Assembly: GCA_030536655.1 (NCBI GenBank)
Contig: JAUNPN010000001.1
Span: forward strand, 20,559-84,558
DNA: 64,000 nucleotides
From: a bacterium
Lineage (GTDB): Bacteria; Bacillota; Clostridia; UBA1381
Direction: 5' to 3'
The notes under the pieces were generated by a model, which worked only from the letters and a program-made list of their open reading frames with translations, was not told where the DNA came from and ran no database searches. The position numbers and the translations under genes are program-made. This document shows, piece by piece, positions 6,512 through 16,483 of this stretch; positions within the stretch are counted from its first letter, which is position 1, and the number at the start of each line of letters is the position of its first letter.

Positions 6512-8875
6512 TTAAAAATATTTATTCAATAAAATCAATTTATCACCTTTTATAAAATCAATTTCAGCCGTTCTACCGTTTTGTGAGATAATATTTTTGC
6601 TGTTACAAATCATATTATTCGCGCAAAATGGAGGCAGTTCGATTATTATATTAAATGTTTTGCTTGCTGTTAATTCTGCTTTAAACTCATTTTTAGGTAT
6701 ATTCCATTCCATATCAATAGTGCCGCCCTCAAATCTCCAGCCTGTAATCTTTCCGTGCTGCATATCATCACTTAGAGCCGGAAGAAGTTTTATCAATTTC
6801 TTTGAGGAATACAAAATCATTTCCTGCACTGCGTTTACATATCCCATACTTGCGTCAAGCTGAATAGGAGCGGCAGAGTCCATTTCCAAAGACAAATCCA
6901 TTCGCCGCCAATCATTATGCAGCGTGAAAAAATTAGTTTGCATACAGCTTCTTACGAGATTATTTAAGCAGTCCATCGCGTCATTACCGCGATTAAATCT
7001 TGCATATATTGACGCCATATGCGCCTGCGACCAACCTGTTTGTGCGCTAATATCTCTCAAATCAACCGCCTTTTCAAATGCTGATACCATATCGTCGTTT
7101 GTTGTTATTTCATCACCCGGAAAAACAGGATATATATGCGACAAATGCCTGTGATAATACCTGTCCTCAAAATCATCGTCCTGCCATTCCTTAACGGCTC
7201 CGTCTTTATTTACGCTATATTCGGGAATGGAATTTACGATATTTTCCCATATTTTAATTTTGTTGCCGTATATATTATGCTCGACGCATAACTCGATTAA
7301 ATTTGTAAACAATTCCTTGATTATCGCCAAATCCATAGTGGAATTAACAGCGCTTGTCATAGGGTGCGCCATATCAACATTGTCTTTTGGAATAAAATTC
7401 AAAGGAGAATTTTCGGGCGAAACACTCGGATATATTTTTATATACCCGCTTTCATCAAACGCAATAAAATCCTCATAAAACTCTGCCGCCGCTTTCATAA
7501 ATGGCAGAACAACACTATGCAGATATTCAGTATCTCCTGTATAGGAATAATATTTATAATAATGCTGCGCCAGCCAACCTGCTGCGCCCGTCCAATTCAT
7601 AATTACAGGCACAAGCTGACACGGTAGCGGCATATTCGGTGTTGTTCCTGCCGGAATAAATATACCTTTACAGCCGTAGAGTTTTTTAGCGCACTCCTTA
7701 AAGATGTCAAGCCTGCTTATATAATACTCTAATAATGCCTTGTTAAGCTCCTCCAGATTGCCGATATTAGCGTGCCAATACATCATCTGTATATTTTCAT
7801 TTGCCATATTATGACTCCATACAGCTTTATAATCTCCGCACCATAATCCGTACATAGAAAACGGAAATCCGTCCTTAGAACTTCCCGATATAAATAAATA
7901 CCGCCCGTACCGCCATAGTTTTTCGATAAGCTCATTCGGAGATTTGCCGCTATACGCATTTAACATAAGTTCCTCATTCGATAAATCATTGTTCTCAAAC
8001 AAGTTAAGCTCCGCACTATGATACAAGGCACTGTGAAGCGGAATATGACGGTTTAGATAATATTCATAGCTGTTATTCTCAAATTTCAACTTGTCTTTAT
8101 CAGGACAGCCATTTACAAATACCTTTATTTTAATAAGAATATCAGACGCGCAATTTACATTGATACGGCTTTCACTGTTTTTAATATCACCGTCAGCACT
8201 TTCGATTTTTACCACCGCGCCGTATGGTTTTTTATTGGTATTAAGCGATTTATAAATGATAATATTACTGTCTATTTCAGTACGGCTATGTTCCTTTACA
8301 TATTGATATGTTTTGTCGGAGCTGTCGGTAGCTGTTGGAACATCTAATGAAAATACAGCGTCCAAGAAAGGCTTATCTGCCTGTATTCTAAGAAGTATCA
8401 TATCGTCTTTTCGTGATACGAATAAATCTTTTTTTACCCACACGTCTTTTTCACGAAATTGTGAGCTTACTTCGCCTGTTTCCATATTGACAGCGCGAAG
8501 ATAATCAGAAAATCCTGTAAAGCCTGTAAAAGACATATTAAGTTCTGCAAGTGGCAGCGGATAACCGCGCTCATTGTTATATCCGCTTTCTGTAAGCGCA
8601 TTTGTTAAAATCCAATTTGCCGTATTGAAATCTCTGTTATCCATTGCTTGACGTGTCTTTGTCAGACTTCCGCTTATATCAGGGAGAGGATTACACTCCG
8701 TACCCGTCCATAAAGCACTGTGATTTATAAGCACACTTTCGCGTTTTGTGCCGCCGTACACATTTGCGCCTATTTTTCCGTTACCGCTCACCAAACCCTC
8801 GCGCCACAAGGCTTTATGCCACGACGAGGGATATTTCATTGTAATTACATTTATGTTTTTATTTATCAGTTTCAT
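6512..8875 (-). CDS. GH95-family glycoside hydrolase, no signal peptide (cytoplasmic)
   Basis: 787 aa. N-terminal WREGLVSGNGKIGANVYGG...INHSALWTG and catalytic-domain GLWCGDYKAVWSHNMANENIQMMYWHANIGNLEE match GH95 signatures. Confidence 0.8.
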   Translation of the reverse strand: MKLINKNINVITMKYPSSWHKALWREGLVSGNGKIGANVYGGTKRESVLINHSALWTGTECNPLPDISGSLTKTRQAMDNRDFNTANWILTNALTESGYNNERGYPLPLAELNMSFTGFTGFSDYLRAVNMETGEVSSQFREKDVWVKKDLFVSRKDDMILLRIQADKPFLDAVFSLDVPTATDSSDKTYQYVKEHSRTEIDSNIIIYKSLNTNKKPYGAVVKIESADGDIKNSESRINVNCASDILIKIKVFVNGCPDKDKLKFENNSYEYYLNRHIPLHSALYHSAELNLFENNDLSNEELMLNAYSGKSPNELIEKLWRYGRYLFISGSSKDGFPFSMYGLWCGDYKAVWSHNMANENIQMMYWHANIGNLEELNKALLEYYISRLDIFKECAKKLYGCKGIFIPAGTTPNMPLPCQLVPVIMNWTGAAGWLAQHYYKYYSYTGDTEYLHSVVLPFMKAAAEFYEDFIAFDESGYIKIYPSVSPENSPLNFIPKDNVDMAHPMTSAVNSTMDLAIIKELFTNLIELCVEHNIYGNKIKIWENIVNSIPEYSVNKDGAVKEWQDDDFEDRYYHRHLSHIYPVFPGDEITTNDDMVSAFEKAVDLRDISAQTGWSQAHMASIYARFNRGNDAMDCLNNLVRSCMQTNFFTLHNDWRRMDLSLEMDSAAPIQLDASMGYVNAVQEMILYSSKKLIKLLPALSDDMQHGKITGWRFEGGTIDMEWNIPKNEFKAELTASKTFNIIIELPPFCANNMICNSKNIISQNGRTAEIDFIKGDKLILLNKYF

Positions 8876-8903
8876 ATTATCCTCCTTGAAGTCTTATACT
8901 ATA

Positions 8904-8935
8904 AATGCCAATCCGAAATATTCCGAATTGGCATT
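8904..8935 (-). terminator. Hairpin between the 1874-aa gene and GH95 (terminator or attenuator)
   Basis: 12-bp stem (aatgccaattcg / cggattggcatt, one mismatch) with an 8-nt loop. Only a weak T tract follows on the minus strand. Confidence 0.4.
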
Positions 8936-8955
8936 TATAAAATATAGGGAGAGAG

Positions 8956-11900
8956 TTAACGCAAAATCTTTGCTTCTGTAAGCGGCTTCATATTCTCTAA
9001 ACTGTTCCATAAGAACGCTTTAATATAATCTCCGCTTTCAATCGCTGAATTTGAATATGTAATGCTATATTCGTTGGCACTATTAGCCGTTACTGTATGC
9101 TTTTCGGTTTTCAATTCCTTTAAAGTTCCGTTTCCATCATACAATGCAATCATCATATTTACGGGTATATCCGTTTCACCGTTATTTTTTATAGCAGAAG
9201 TTGCCGTAACTGTTTCTCCTGCGGTTAATTCTGTTTTGTCAAATTCTATTTCACCAGCCGAGAACGGTTCTTCAAATTCTCCCTTTACAACTGTTATTCC
9301 TAACAGACCTGCTAAGACCTCGCTTGAAAGACATTCAAAGTCAACGCTTTCTATTTGATTAACCTTGCCAAAGTCAAGAGCGAGAATATTTGAATGTGCT
9401 TTGGCGCCAAGCATTTGCACATATCCCGTTTCCGCATACGGTTTTGCTTGCTGATAATTGAGCCAATCGTCAATATTATCAGGGTTTGTAAGCGGAAGTA
9501 TTTCTTTTGTTCCGTCTTTCATATTAACCGTAATTCTCGCGTTCTCAATTCTGCTCTGCATATTATTTGTAGATACGCTTAACATAAAGTAAATCTTTGA
9601 ACCGTCTGTATTAACGGGAATATTCATCTTGTCGGGGAACTGATTATATAGCGATACAAAAGCCGCATTGTTTCCCTCTGCTGATGAAATTTCAAAAGGA
9701 ACGCCTATATCTGTTAAATACTTACCTGATGTAAGATTTAAGCTACTCGGAACACCGTCTGCACCTCTGCCCGGCTCCCACCAAGCGCGTCCGTTTGGAA
9801 GAACCGTTCTTTCCGCGTCAGACGACCAATAAAATTTCTCAAGCCTGTAATGCTCGTTGCCCTCATAAGTGAGGTCATATTCATTTTGGTGCAGCGTTCT
9901 CAAATCCTGATTTACAACGCCATCAAGTGATATTGTCTGATACTGCTCCGCAGTATTTGTTACATTATCCTTTAAATCCCAAGCGGTAAGCTCGCCGTAA
10001 ATTGTTTTGTTTACATCTCCGCTTAAAACTGCTGTAACCCTATTGTTGCCGGGTGTTAAATCGGGTTCGCTTTCAATCGGTACAAGAATTTCATTACTTG
10101 CGCCCTTTGCCGCTATCGTTATATTTTCTTCTGTAACTTTGCCGCTTACAGTTGACAATGTAGCATTGAGTTTAAGCTGTTTTTCAGTGTTATTTGTGAG
10201 CTTCACTTTTATTCCCGCATTTGCGCCTGTAACAATTTCCATATCAGTTAATTCAACTGCATCCTTAACTTCAAGGTCAACAGGCAATACAGCAGTCATA
10301 TCGTTTTTCTCTACCGTAACAAAGAATGTATGGTGTCCTGATTTTTCGCCTAACGCTACTGTTATCGTATCTGTGCCGATACCATTCGTATTTGTAATTA
10401 AGCTCTGCGGGTCTGAAATAGCTGTGATTATACCGTTTGATTTAACAGTGTAATCAGAGTTTTTACCGCCGACAGGTTTCGCTCCAATCTTTGCAAGCTC
10501 ATCATTTGCATATGTTACCTCAATAACTGCACTGCTATTGACAGGAGTTTTTACATTTACAAAATTATCAACCGTATAATTCGTTACCTCCGAGCCGTTT
10601 ACCTTAACGCTTGTAATTTTTGAGCTTCTTGTAGGAATGTGCATTTCATAGCTCAAATTTTCCTTTGATGTTACACTAAATTTATCTGTGTTATTTTCGT
10701 ATTTATAGTCATAGCTTACAGCGTCCATTTTTATAGACGCATATTTCCAATCTGCGGGGAAACCGGGTTTTATATCAGCTTTTCCGTCCGGCACATTTAC
10801 TTTTATTCCGAATATACCCTCTGCCGCTGTTCTCGCATATTGCGATGTACAGTCTGCAAAGTCAATATGACCGTTATTTGATAAATCGGCTTTCACAATA
10901 TGCTGGACAGTTCCCTGACCTGCCGAACTGCCTTTCATAAGAGGAACAAGACAAGCTCTAAACTGTTTCATTCCCATTTCGCGCTGACCGTTTTCAAAAT
11001 ATGCAAGGGCATTGTTCATAACCTCCTCAACATACAAGCCGTCACTTGAATAATATTCGGGAAGTCTGTTTGAAGAATACTTAAAATCTATATTATCCCA
11101 AATTTTATCTAAGTTTGCAACACTCGGAACAGCATAATCGGTAAATCTCATCATTTGATATACCTGTTCATCAGTCGCAATCCCCATATCAACAGCAGTA
11201 TATATTGACGATAAATCGGGCGCGGCGTTAAGTCTGCCGTAACCAAAGCGTTCCTTTACTTCTCCGAATACACCTGTGTCAGCGTCCCAAAGCTGCTCGT
11301 TCATTTCCTTTTTGATTAAATCAGCCTTTGTCTGATATGCTGCTGCGTCATCTGTCTTACCGAGTTTCGACGCAATTTTTGCCATTGTATTATATGCTCT
11401 CCAAGTGTATGCGGTTGCTATTGAGCCTGCGCCGCCGTTGTTCCACTTATTATCGGTATTCCAAGCGTCAAGCCAATTTTCATATAAATTTGTTCCGGGA
11501 ACCTGCATATAATCGTCCATAAATTTAAGGTGTCCGGCGATAAATTCATATCCGCCCTCATTTGCAAAGAACGCGTCATCTCCCGTCCAATCCCAATACT
11601 GCATTATAATATCTACCATTACAAGGCTCATATTATAGCGTCCGTCGTGAGATGGATATGCCCATATTCTTCCTGTATCTTTCTCCTGTCTTGCAATATA
11701 ATTTTGAATATTAGTTTTTATTCTGTCGCTCCAGCCTGCATTTACAAAGCAATATCCGCCGCGCCAGCCGCCCTGTCCGTTATGCCAGCCGATTGCGCCG
11801 TGAGTTATAACAGGATTATCCCATATGTTATCCATTGCCATAATCTGAGCGCGCATAGCTGAATTGATGTACGGGTCGGGAGTATCAATTTTTATAGTTT

Positions 11901-14580
11901 CCGCAACACCTTTGAAATAGCTTATACTATCGTTAAATATTTCTCTTGCGTTTGTCTGATACTCGTTAAAATATTTATTTTCTGACGGACTATCTGTTGT
12001 AATCATCATATACACCGTATTTTCGGTATTACCGTCAGTCGTGCCTACTACCATTGGCTGATTTGCCGCTGTTGAGGTTAATAAAGCGTCCACTCCTGAA
12101 CTGTACATTGACGCGTCCTTTGCGGCATAATTCATTTTTACATTTGATGTGCCGCTTATTGTAGCATATGAGCCTGTGATACTGAATGAATTATCAGTAA
12201 ATGTCGGAACAGTTGAATTTGTATCGGACGGACTAAATTCAAGTGCGGAAGAATTACCGCCTGTCGGCTGCTTGCTGTCTATTTTATTACCGCCTGCCGC
12301 TGCAACTACCAGCTTATCCTTTACACTGTCGGGAAGCTCTGCTTTTACAAGCATAGCGTCGATTTTGTCCGAGCGTGTATATGTCAGCTTTATTTCACCC
12401 TCAAAGGAACTGTCTTTTATAACATATTCTTCGTACCCGTTTACATATCTTGCAGTTATATTGCTCATTTCATCAAGCCATTTTCCGTCCTTTATGCCAA
12501 GAAACATATGAGCAAAACGGAAAAAGCTTGTGCCTGTACCCGCATTTGACAATACCAATTTCGGTCTGTCGCCGAGATAATAGATATATCTGAACGAGGT
12601 TTCGCCATTATCGTTTGTATGCGCCGCATATATAGGGCGCGTATAATTCTTGTTTCCGTTGTCAATCTCAAAACCGCCGTCAACAGGCTTGTATGTAAAC
12701 GGATTTTTTGTAACTACAACCTTTAAGCTGCCTTTTATATCAGCAGTTGAAGCGGTAACAGTTATAGTCTGTTCTGTTGCTGTGCTGTCTGCTGTTACTG
12801 CCGCACTTGCGCTGTCAAAAGTTATACCGTTACTGTCATATGTTTCCATACTCCAAGAAAAGTCAGTATTCTTAATTTCAACGCCCTTTTGGTCGTATGC
12901 TTTTGCGGTATATGTAAAGCTCTTTGTTCCGCTTTTCGGTATTTCTATTGACATATCACCGTCTACGGCGATTTCTGATAATACAGGCTTATATACTCTT
13001 ACTGTCTTGCTTGCGGTTATATCGCCTGATGTTGCCTTAATTATAACGTCGCTGTCGCTGTTTACTGCGGCTGTCAGCACCCCGTTTTCAAAGGTTATAC
13101 CGTCTGTCGTATTTTCAGCGTTCCAGCCGCTTAATTCCTCTGACGGCATTTCCACTCCGTATTGGTCAAATATTTTTACCGTATAGGTTTCGCTTACCTG
13201 CGACGCTGTTTGCAGCATATCCGCTCCGATTATTTCTATTTTAGAAGCAGTCATTTTATATGTTTCTATTTCTTCTGAAATAGCATAAATACCCGGATTA
13301 TCTTCTAAGGCAGCCTTTACCTTAAAAGAGCTTGCCGTTGCTGATGAAGTTGAAGAAATAACGCCTGTGTTTTCGTCTATGATTATTCCGCTATCGTTTA
13401 ATGCTGTTTCATCAGTATTTAAAAGCGACCATTTAAGCGGTATTCCATACGCTTCGCTGCCTGCCTTGTCATAGCACTGAGCATAAAATTCTGTTGTTAC
13501 AGAACCGCTGTTCGGTATCGGCAATCTGCTTGCAGGATTTATAAGACTTACAGACGCCGCTGAGCCGGCCTGCGCTATCGTGATTTTTGCGCTGTCATAC
13601 TCCGAACCGTCATAGCTTAAAAGTCTTACGTTATATTCGCCTGCGTCTGCTTCGGAGCTTACAGTTAAAACGCCTGTCGCAGGATTTAATGTTATGCCTG
13701 TCGGTAAATTCTCCTGTAAACTTTCTGTATCATCTGAATTATAAAGCTCAAACTTTACTAATTCTTTTGACAGCGGTTCATAGCTTGATAAATCAACGCC
13801 GTTAAACGAAGCCGCTGCGACAAGATAGTTTACTGTTTTTGTTGTTCCCTCGGCGGGAATAGAAACCTTGCTTATATCGTCTGTTACTCCGATAGTAACC
13901 TCCGTCGGCGCAGGTTTATATACTTTCATATTTCTGACGTCAACCGCGCCGGAGCGTATATCGCTTTCGCCGTTTACTTTGTTTGTAACATTAAATTGTG
14001 AAAATATAGACTGAGTTAAGTTTCTAATTACTTTTTCAGACTTGGTCGCCTGTACTTTCTCGTCTGTATCTGCCGCCTTAGTGTAAGCAACCATACTTGT
14101 TGTTCCGTTGGCAAGAAATTTTATATTGTACCACTTGTTTGCTTCTGCGCCCTGATACATTGTTTCATAACTGCTCGGATTACCTATTTTTGTCTTAATT
14201 TTTTCACCGTCGAATATTACCGTAGGTCCGAGCTTTGAGCCGCCGTACAACTCTACAACACCCGAATTTCCATCCGCAAATCTCACGTCAAATTCTGCAA
14301 CATATATGCTGCCACCTGCAAGAGTGCTGTCAACCTTTCGTGTAACCTTTTGTTCTGTGTCTACGGCTGTATAGCGCATATATGGAATTTCCTCGTCGGT
14401 TAAGATTTCCATATTTTCTGTCTTGCCCGTCCACTTGTTATTTTCCGATGTAAAATCTTCGTTCAGATACACCTGCAATTCTTCTGCACTTACATTCAAT
14501 GCAGCAGTTGGAATAAACGCACATATCATCTGCAACGATAATACAGCGGATAAAATACGTTTTAATGCTTTTGCTTTCAT
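8956..14580 (-). CDS. 1874-aa secreted multidomain glycoside hydrolase-like protein (LamG-like N-module, Ig-like repeats, (alpha/alpha)6-barrel-like core, C-terminal Ig-like module)
   Basis: Signal peptide MKAKALKRILSAVLSLQMICAFIPTAALNVSAEE. Four or more Big_2-like repeats. The core (GAIGWHNGQGGWRGGYCFVNAGW...YENWLDAWNTDNKWNNGGAGSIATAYTWRAY) looks like a six-hairpin glycosidase, but I cannot assign the exact family. The C-terminal module is shared with two other enzymes in the window. Confidence 0.7.
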   Translation of the reverse strand: MKAKALKRILSAVLSLQMICAFIPTAALNVSAEELQVYLNEDFTSENNKWTGKTENMEILTDEEIPYMRYTAVDTEQKVTRKVDSTLAGGSIYVAEFDVRFADGNSGVVELYGGSKLGPTVIFDGEKIKTKIGNPSSYETMYQGAEANKWYNIKFLANGTTSMVAYTKAADTDEKVQATKSEKVIRNLTQSIFSQFNVTNKVNGESDIRSGAVDVRNMKVYKPAPTEVTIGVTDDISKVSIPAEGTTKTVNYLVAAASFNGVDLSSYEPLSKELVKFELYNSDDTESLQENLPTGITLNPATGVLTVSSEADAGEYNVRLLSYDGSEYDSAKITIAQAGSAASVSLINPASRLPIPNSGSVTTEFYAQCYDKAGSEAYGIPLKWSLLNTDETALNDSGIIIDENTGVISSTSSATASSFKVKAALEDNPGIYAISEEIETYKMTASKIEIIGADMLQTASQVSETYTVKIFDQYGVEMPSEELSGWNAENTTDGITFENGVLTAAVNSDSDVIIKATSGDITASKTVRVYKPVLSEIAVDGDMSIEIPKSGTKSFTYTAKAYDQKGVEIKNTDFSWSMETYDSNGITFDSASAAVTADSTATEQTITVTASTADIKGSLKVVVTKNPFTYKPVDGGFEIDNGNKNYTRPIYAAHTNDNGETSFRYIYYLGDRPKLVLSNAGTGTSFFRFAHMFLGIKDGKWLDEMSNITARYVNGYEEYVIKDSSFEGEIKLTYTRSDKIDAMLVKAELPDSVKDKLVVAAAGGNKIDSKQPTGGNSSALEFSPSDTNSTVPTFTDNSFSITGSYATISGTSNVKMNYAAKDASMYSSGVDALLTSTAANQPMVVGTTDGNTENTVYMMITTDSPSENKYFNEYQTNAREIFNDSISYFKGVAETIKIDTPDPYINSAMRAQIMAMDNIWDNPVITHGAIGWHNGQGGWRGGYCFVNAGWSDRIKTNIQNYIARQEKDTGRIWAYPSHDGRYNMSLVMVDIIMQYWDWTGDDAFFANEGGYEFIAGHLKFMDDYMQVPGTNLYENWLDAWNTDNKWNNGGAGSIATAYTWRAYNTMAKIASKLGKTDDAAAYQTKADLIKKEMNEQLWDADTGVFGEVKERFGYGRLNAAPDLSSIYTAVDMGIATDEQVYQMMRFTDYAVPSVANLDKIWDNIDFKYSSNRLPEYYSSDGLYVEEVMNNALAYFENGQREMGMKQFRACLVPLMKGSSAGQGTVQHIVKADLSNNGHIDFADCTSQYARTAAEGIFGIKVNVPDGKADIKPGFPADWKYASIKMDAVSYDYKYENNTDKFSVTSKENLSYEMHIPTRSSKITSVKVNGSEVTNYTVDNFVNVKTPVNSSAVIEVTYANDELAKIGAKPVGGKNSDYTVKSNGIITAISDPQSLITNTNGIGTDTITVALGEKSGHHTFFVTVEKNDMTAVLPVDLEVKDAVELTDMEIVTGANAGIKVKLTNNTEKQLKLNATLSTVSGKVTEENITIAAKGASNEILVPIESEPDLTPGNNRVTAVLSGDVNKTIYGELTAWDLKDNVTNTAEQYQTISLDGVVNQDLRTLHQNEYDLTYEGNEHYRLEKFYWSSDAERTVLPNGRAWWEPGRGADGVPSSLNLTSGKYLTDIGVPFEISSAEGNNAAFVSLYNQFPDKMNIPVNTDGSKIYFMLSVSTNNMQSRIENARITVNMKDGTKEILPLTNPDNIDDWLNYQQAKPYAETGYVQMLGAKAHSNILALDFGKVNQIESVDFECLSSEVLAGLLGITVVKGEFEEPFSAGEIEFDKTELTAGETVTATSAIKNNGETDIPVNMMIALYDGNGTLKELKTEKHTVTANSANEYSITYSNSAIESGDYIKAFLWNSLENMKPLTEAKILR

Positions 14581-14698
14581 AGGTCTGCCTCCTTAAATTA
14601 TTTCTTAAATTTATTGTTAATTTAATTATACAATATTCATTTTGCTTTGTATATGTCAAAATACTGCATATTTTATGATAAATTCACGCATTTTTATA

Positions 14699-14727
14699 TT
14701 GCGTTGATTTCCGCAATATGATATACT
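14699..14727 (+). promoter_or_regulatory. Sigma-A-type promoter of the AraC gene
   Basis: TTGCGT - 17 nt - TATACT with TGn extended -10. A 7-bp inverted repeat TATTGCG/CGCAATA overlaps the -35 and spacer. It lies 20 nt upstream of the start codon region. Confidence 0.5.
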
Positions 14728-14746
14728 AAAAGCAGGGGGTGAGCGT

Positions 14747-15589
14747 ATGAATAAAACTATCCGATATTCTTCGTTTGAAAATAAATTTGAGGTGATATAC
14801 AGGAATGAAATTCCGACTGTTCTAATGCCGCCGCATACGCATAATGCGATTGAATTATACATAAGTCTGACGCCGCTATCAAATATACTGCTCGGCGATA
14901 CTGTAATGCCGCTTAAAGAAAATTCGCTGCTTATAATACCGTCATATTGTATTCATCAGTTTACACAACTTCCTGACTGTGAGTATGAGCGATATATTAT
15001 AACTATCAGTACGGAATGGCTTGAAAATTTTATAGCGGACAATAAAAGATACAGCTATTTTACTGATACAAAAAAACCTATCGTTATTACTCTTGATGAT
15101 AAACAAAAAGCATTATTGCTTAATCGTATGCAGGATTTTATCGCCTGTAAAAACAACGATACCTTTTCTGAAATATCAATATTTTTTGATATTCTGAAAA
15201 TTATAGACGGATTGATTTATACTCACGCTGAAAATGACGAGGTGGAAAAGAGAGTTACAGGAACGCAGCAAACGGTAAATCAGATTATTAAGTACATAAA
15301 TGCTCACCTTACAGAGAATATTCATCTTACGGATATTGCAGAAAAGTTTTATTTAACACCTAATCATATATCAAGAATATTTAAAAAGCATACGAATACG
15401 CAAATAAGCAATTATATTATTTTGCAGAGAATGACAAAGGCAAAACAACTTTTTCGTGAGGGATTTACAGTTGCGGAAGCGCAGATAGCAACAGGATATT
15501 CAAGCTATGAACATTTTTTCCGTACTTTCAAAAAGAATGTCGGTATGACACCAAAGGAATATATAAATGCTTATTATAATCGCGAATAA
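14747..15589 (+). CDS. AraC family transcriptional regulator (cupin sensor plus HTH)
   Basis: 280 aa. N-terminal cupin-like HTHNAIELY, and a C-terminal double HTH (IAEKFYLTPNHISRIFKKHT...TGYSSYEHFFRTFKKNVGMTPKEY). It is divergent from the hydrolase operon. Confidence 0.9.
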   Translation: MNKTIRYSSFENKFEVIYRNEIPTVLMPPHTHNAIELYISLTPLSNILLGDTVMPLKENSLLIIPSYCIHQFTQLPDCEYERYIITISTEWLENFIADNKRYSYFTDTKKPIVITLDDKQKALLLNRMQDFIACKNNDTFSEISIFFDILKIIDGLIYTHAENDEVEKRVTGTQQTVNQIIKYINAHLTENIHLTDIAEKFYLTPNHISRIFKKHTNTQISNYIILQRMTKAKQLFREGFTVAEAQIATGYSSYEHFFRTFKKNVGMTPKEYINAYYNRE

Positions 15590-15605
15590 AAATTTTTTGA
15601 ATTAT

Positions 15606-15640
15606 TTAAAAACAACCACCCGCACATCATGGGTGGTTGT
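15606..15640. terminator. Hairpin terminator between the convergent AraC and esterase genes
   Basis: acaaccaccc - 9 nt - gggtggttgt. A T5 run follows on the minus strand and an A run precedes on the + strand. Confidence 0.6.
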
Positions 15641-15653
15641 TCCGCTCTATATC

Positions 15654-16212
15654 TTATTTCATTAAAACCCATTCCGCCATTGCTTTACCGACTGACTTAC
15701 CAACCTCGTTATATGCGTGTTGATTATAATGGTATTGGTCTATCATATCAGCAATATATCCCTCAAAGCTGCCAGCTAAAATAAAGTTATCATTATTCTC
15801 GCACAATGCAGTTTGCGCATTTCGTATTACAGCATAGCGTTCATCATAAGCCTTAGCCGAAAGACTGCCGCTGCCGTTTGGATAATCTACATAGTTATAG
15901 TGTCCTGTCTGCACCAAAAAACAAACTTCTGCGCCGTGCTGTTTAAATGTGTCAAATAAATCAATCGTATTTTGTGTATATACCGACGCTGAAATATCAG
16001 TGTCGCCGTCAGTTTCAAATTGTGCCGACTTTATCCTCATTAAATCCAAATGGCTCGGTAATAGGTACAAGCATTTCAGAATTACTTACCGCTTTATATT
16101 CAAAACCTGCTTTTTCATCACACAATGTTGCATTTGCTACATTACCTCGTCCTGACATATTAGACTGTCCAGCGAAAACTATAACATCAACAGTTTTATT
16201 AACTTTAATCAT
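15654..16212 (-). pseudogene. SASA/DUF303-type (sialate O-acetylesterase-like) SGNH esterase, frameshifted
   Basis: ORF 16015-16212 carries VIVFAGQSNMSGRG. The rest of the domain continues in another frame (15654-16070). The frames overlap around 16015-16070, so this is one indel or a sequencing error. Confidence 0.7.
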
Positions 16213-16298
16213 AAAAACACCTCTGTTTTTAATATTAAATATATTTCTAACATAATTTAATTAAAAACTCTATAAAATATTGAATTTTATATTGAAAA

Positions 16299-16349
16299 GG
16301 TTGTTATTTCAAATTTTTTTTCGTTTAACATATATAGAGGGTAAAATAG
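16299..16349 (+). promoter_or_regulatory. Conserved ~50-nt upstream element, copy B (upstream of oriT and the mob operon)
   Basis: GGTTGTTATTTCAAATTTTTTTTTCGTTTAACATATATAGAGGGTAAAATAG. See copy A at 4731-4781. Confidence 0.55.
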
Positions 16350-16470
16350 TGGTTTTTTGCTACCAGCAAGCACAGCGAGTGTAGCCACACTCACGATTTT
16401 TTGTTTGCTATATGCGTAGCAAAAGCAACAAAAAATATTTTGGGAACATATCCCAAACCCAGATAAAAAA
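16350..16470 (+). other. Candidate oriT
   Basis: Non-coding leader directly upstream of mobC and the relaxase. It has hairpins GAGTGT-AGCC-ACACTC (16377-16392) and TTTGCTA-TATGCG-TAGCAAA (16404-16423), and direct TTTGCTA repeats. Confidence 0.45.
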
Positions 16471-16483
16471 CGGAGGTAATAAA

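Noticed and set aside
4731-16349. The two inverted ~50-nt repeats as terminal inverted repeats of a nested transposon carrying the cargo
   Set aside because: There is no transposase or second recombinase inside the block, and I saw no target-site duplication. Each copy sits at a promoter-like distance and orientation relative to a backbone operon. I kept them as regulatory elements, but a role in cargo capture is not excluded.
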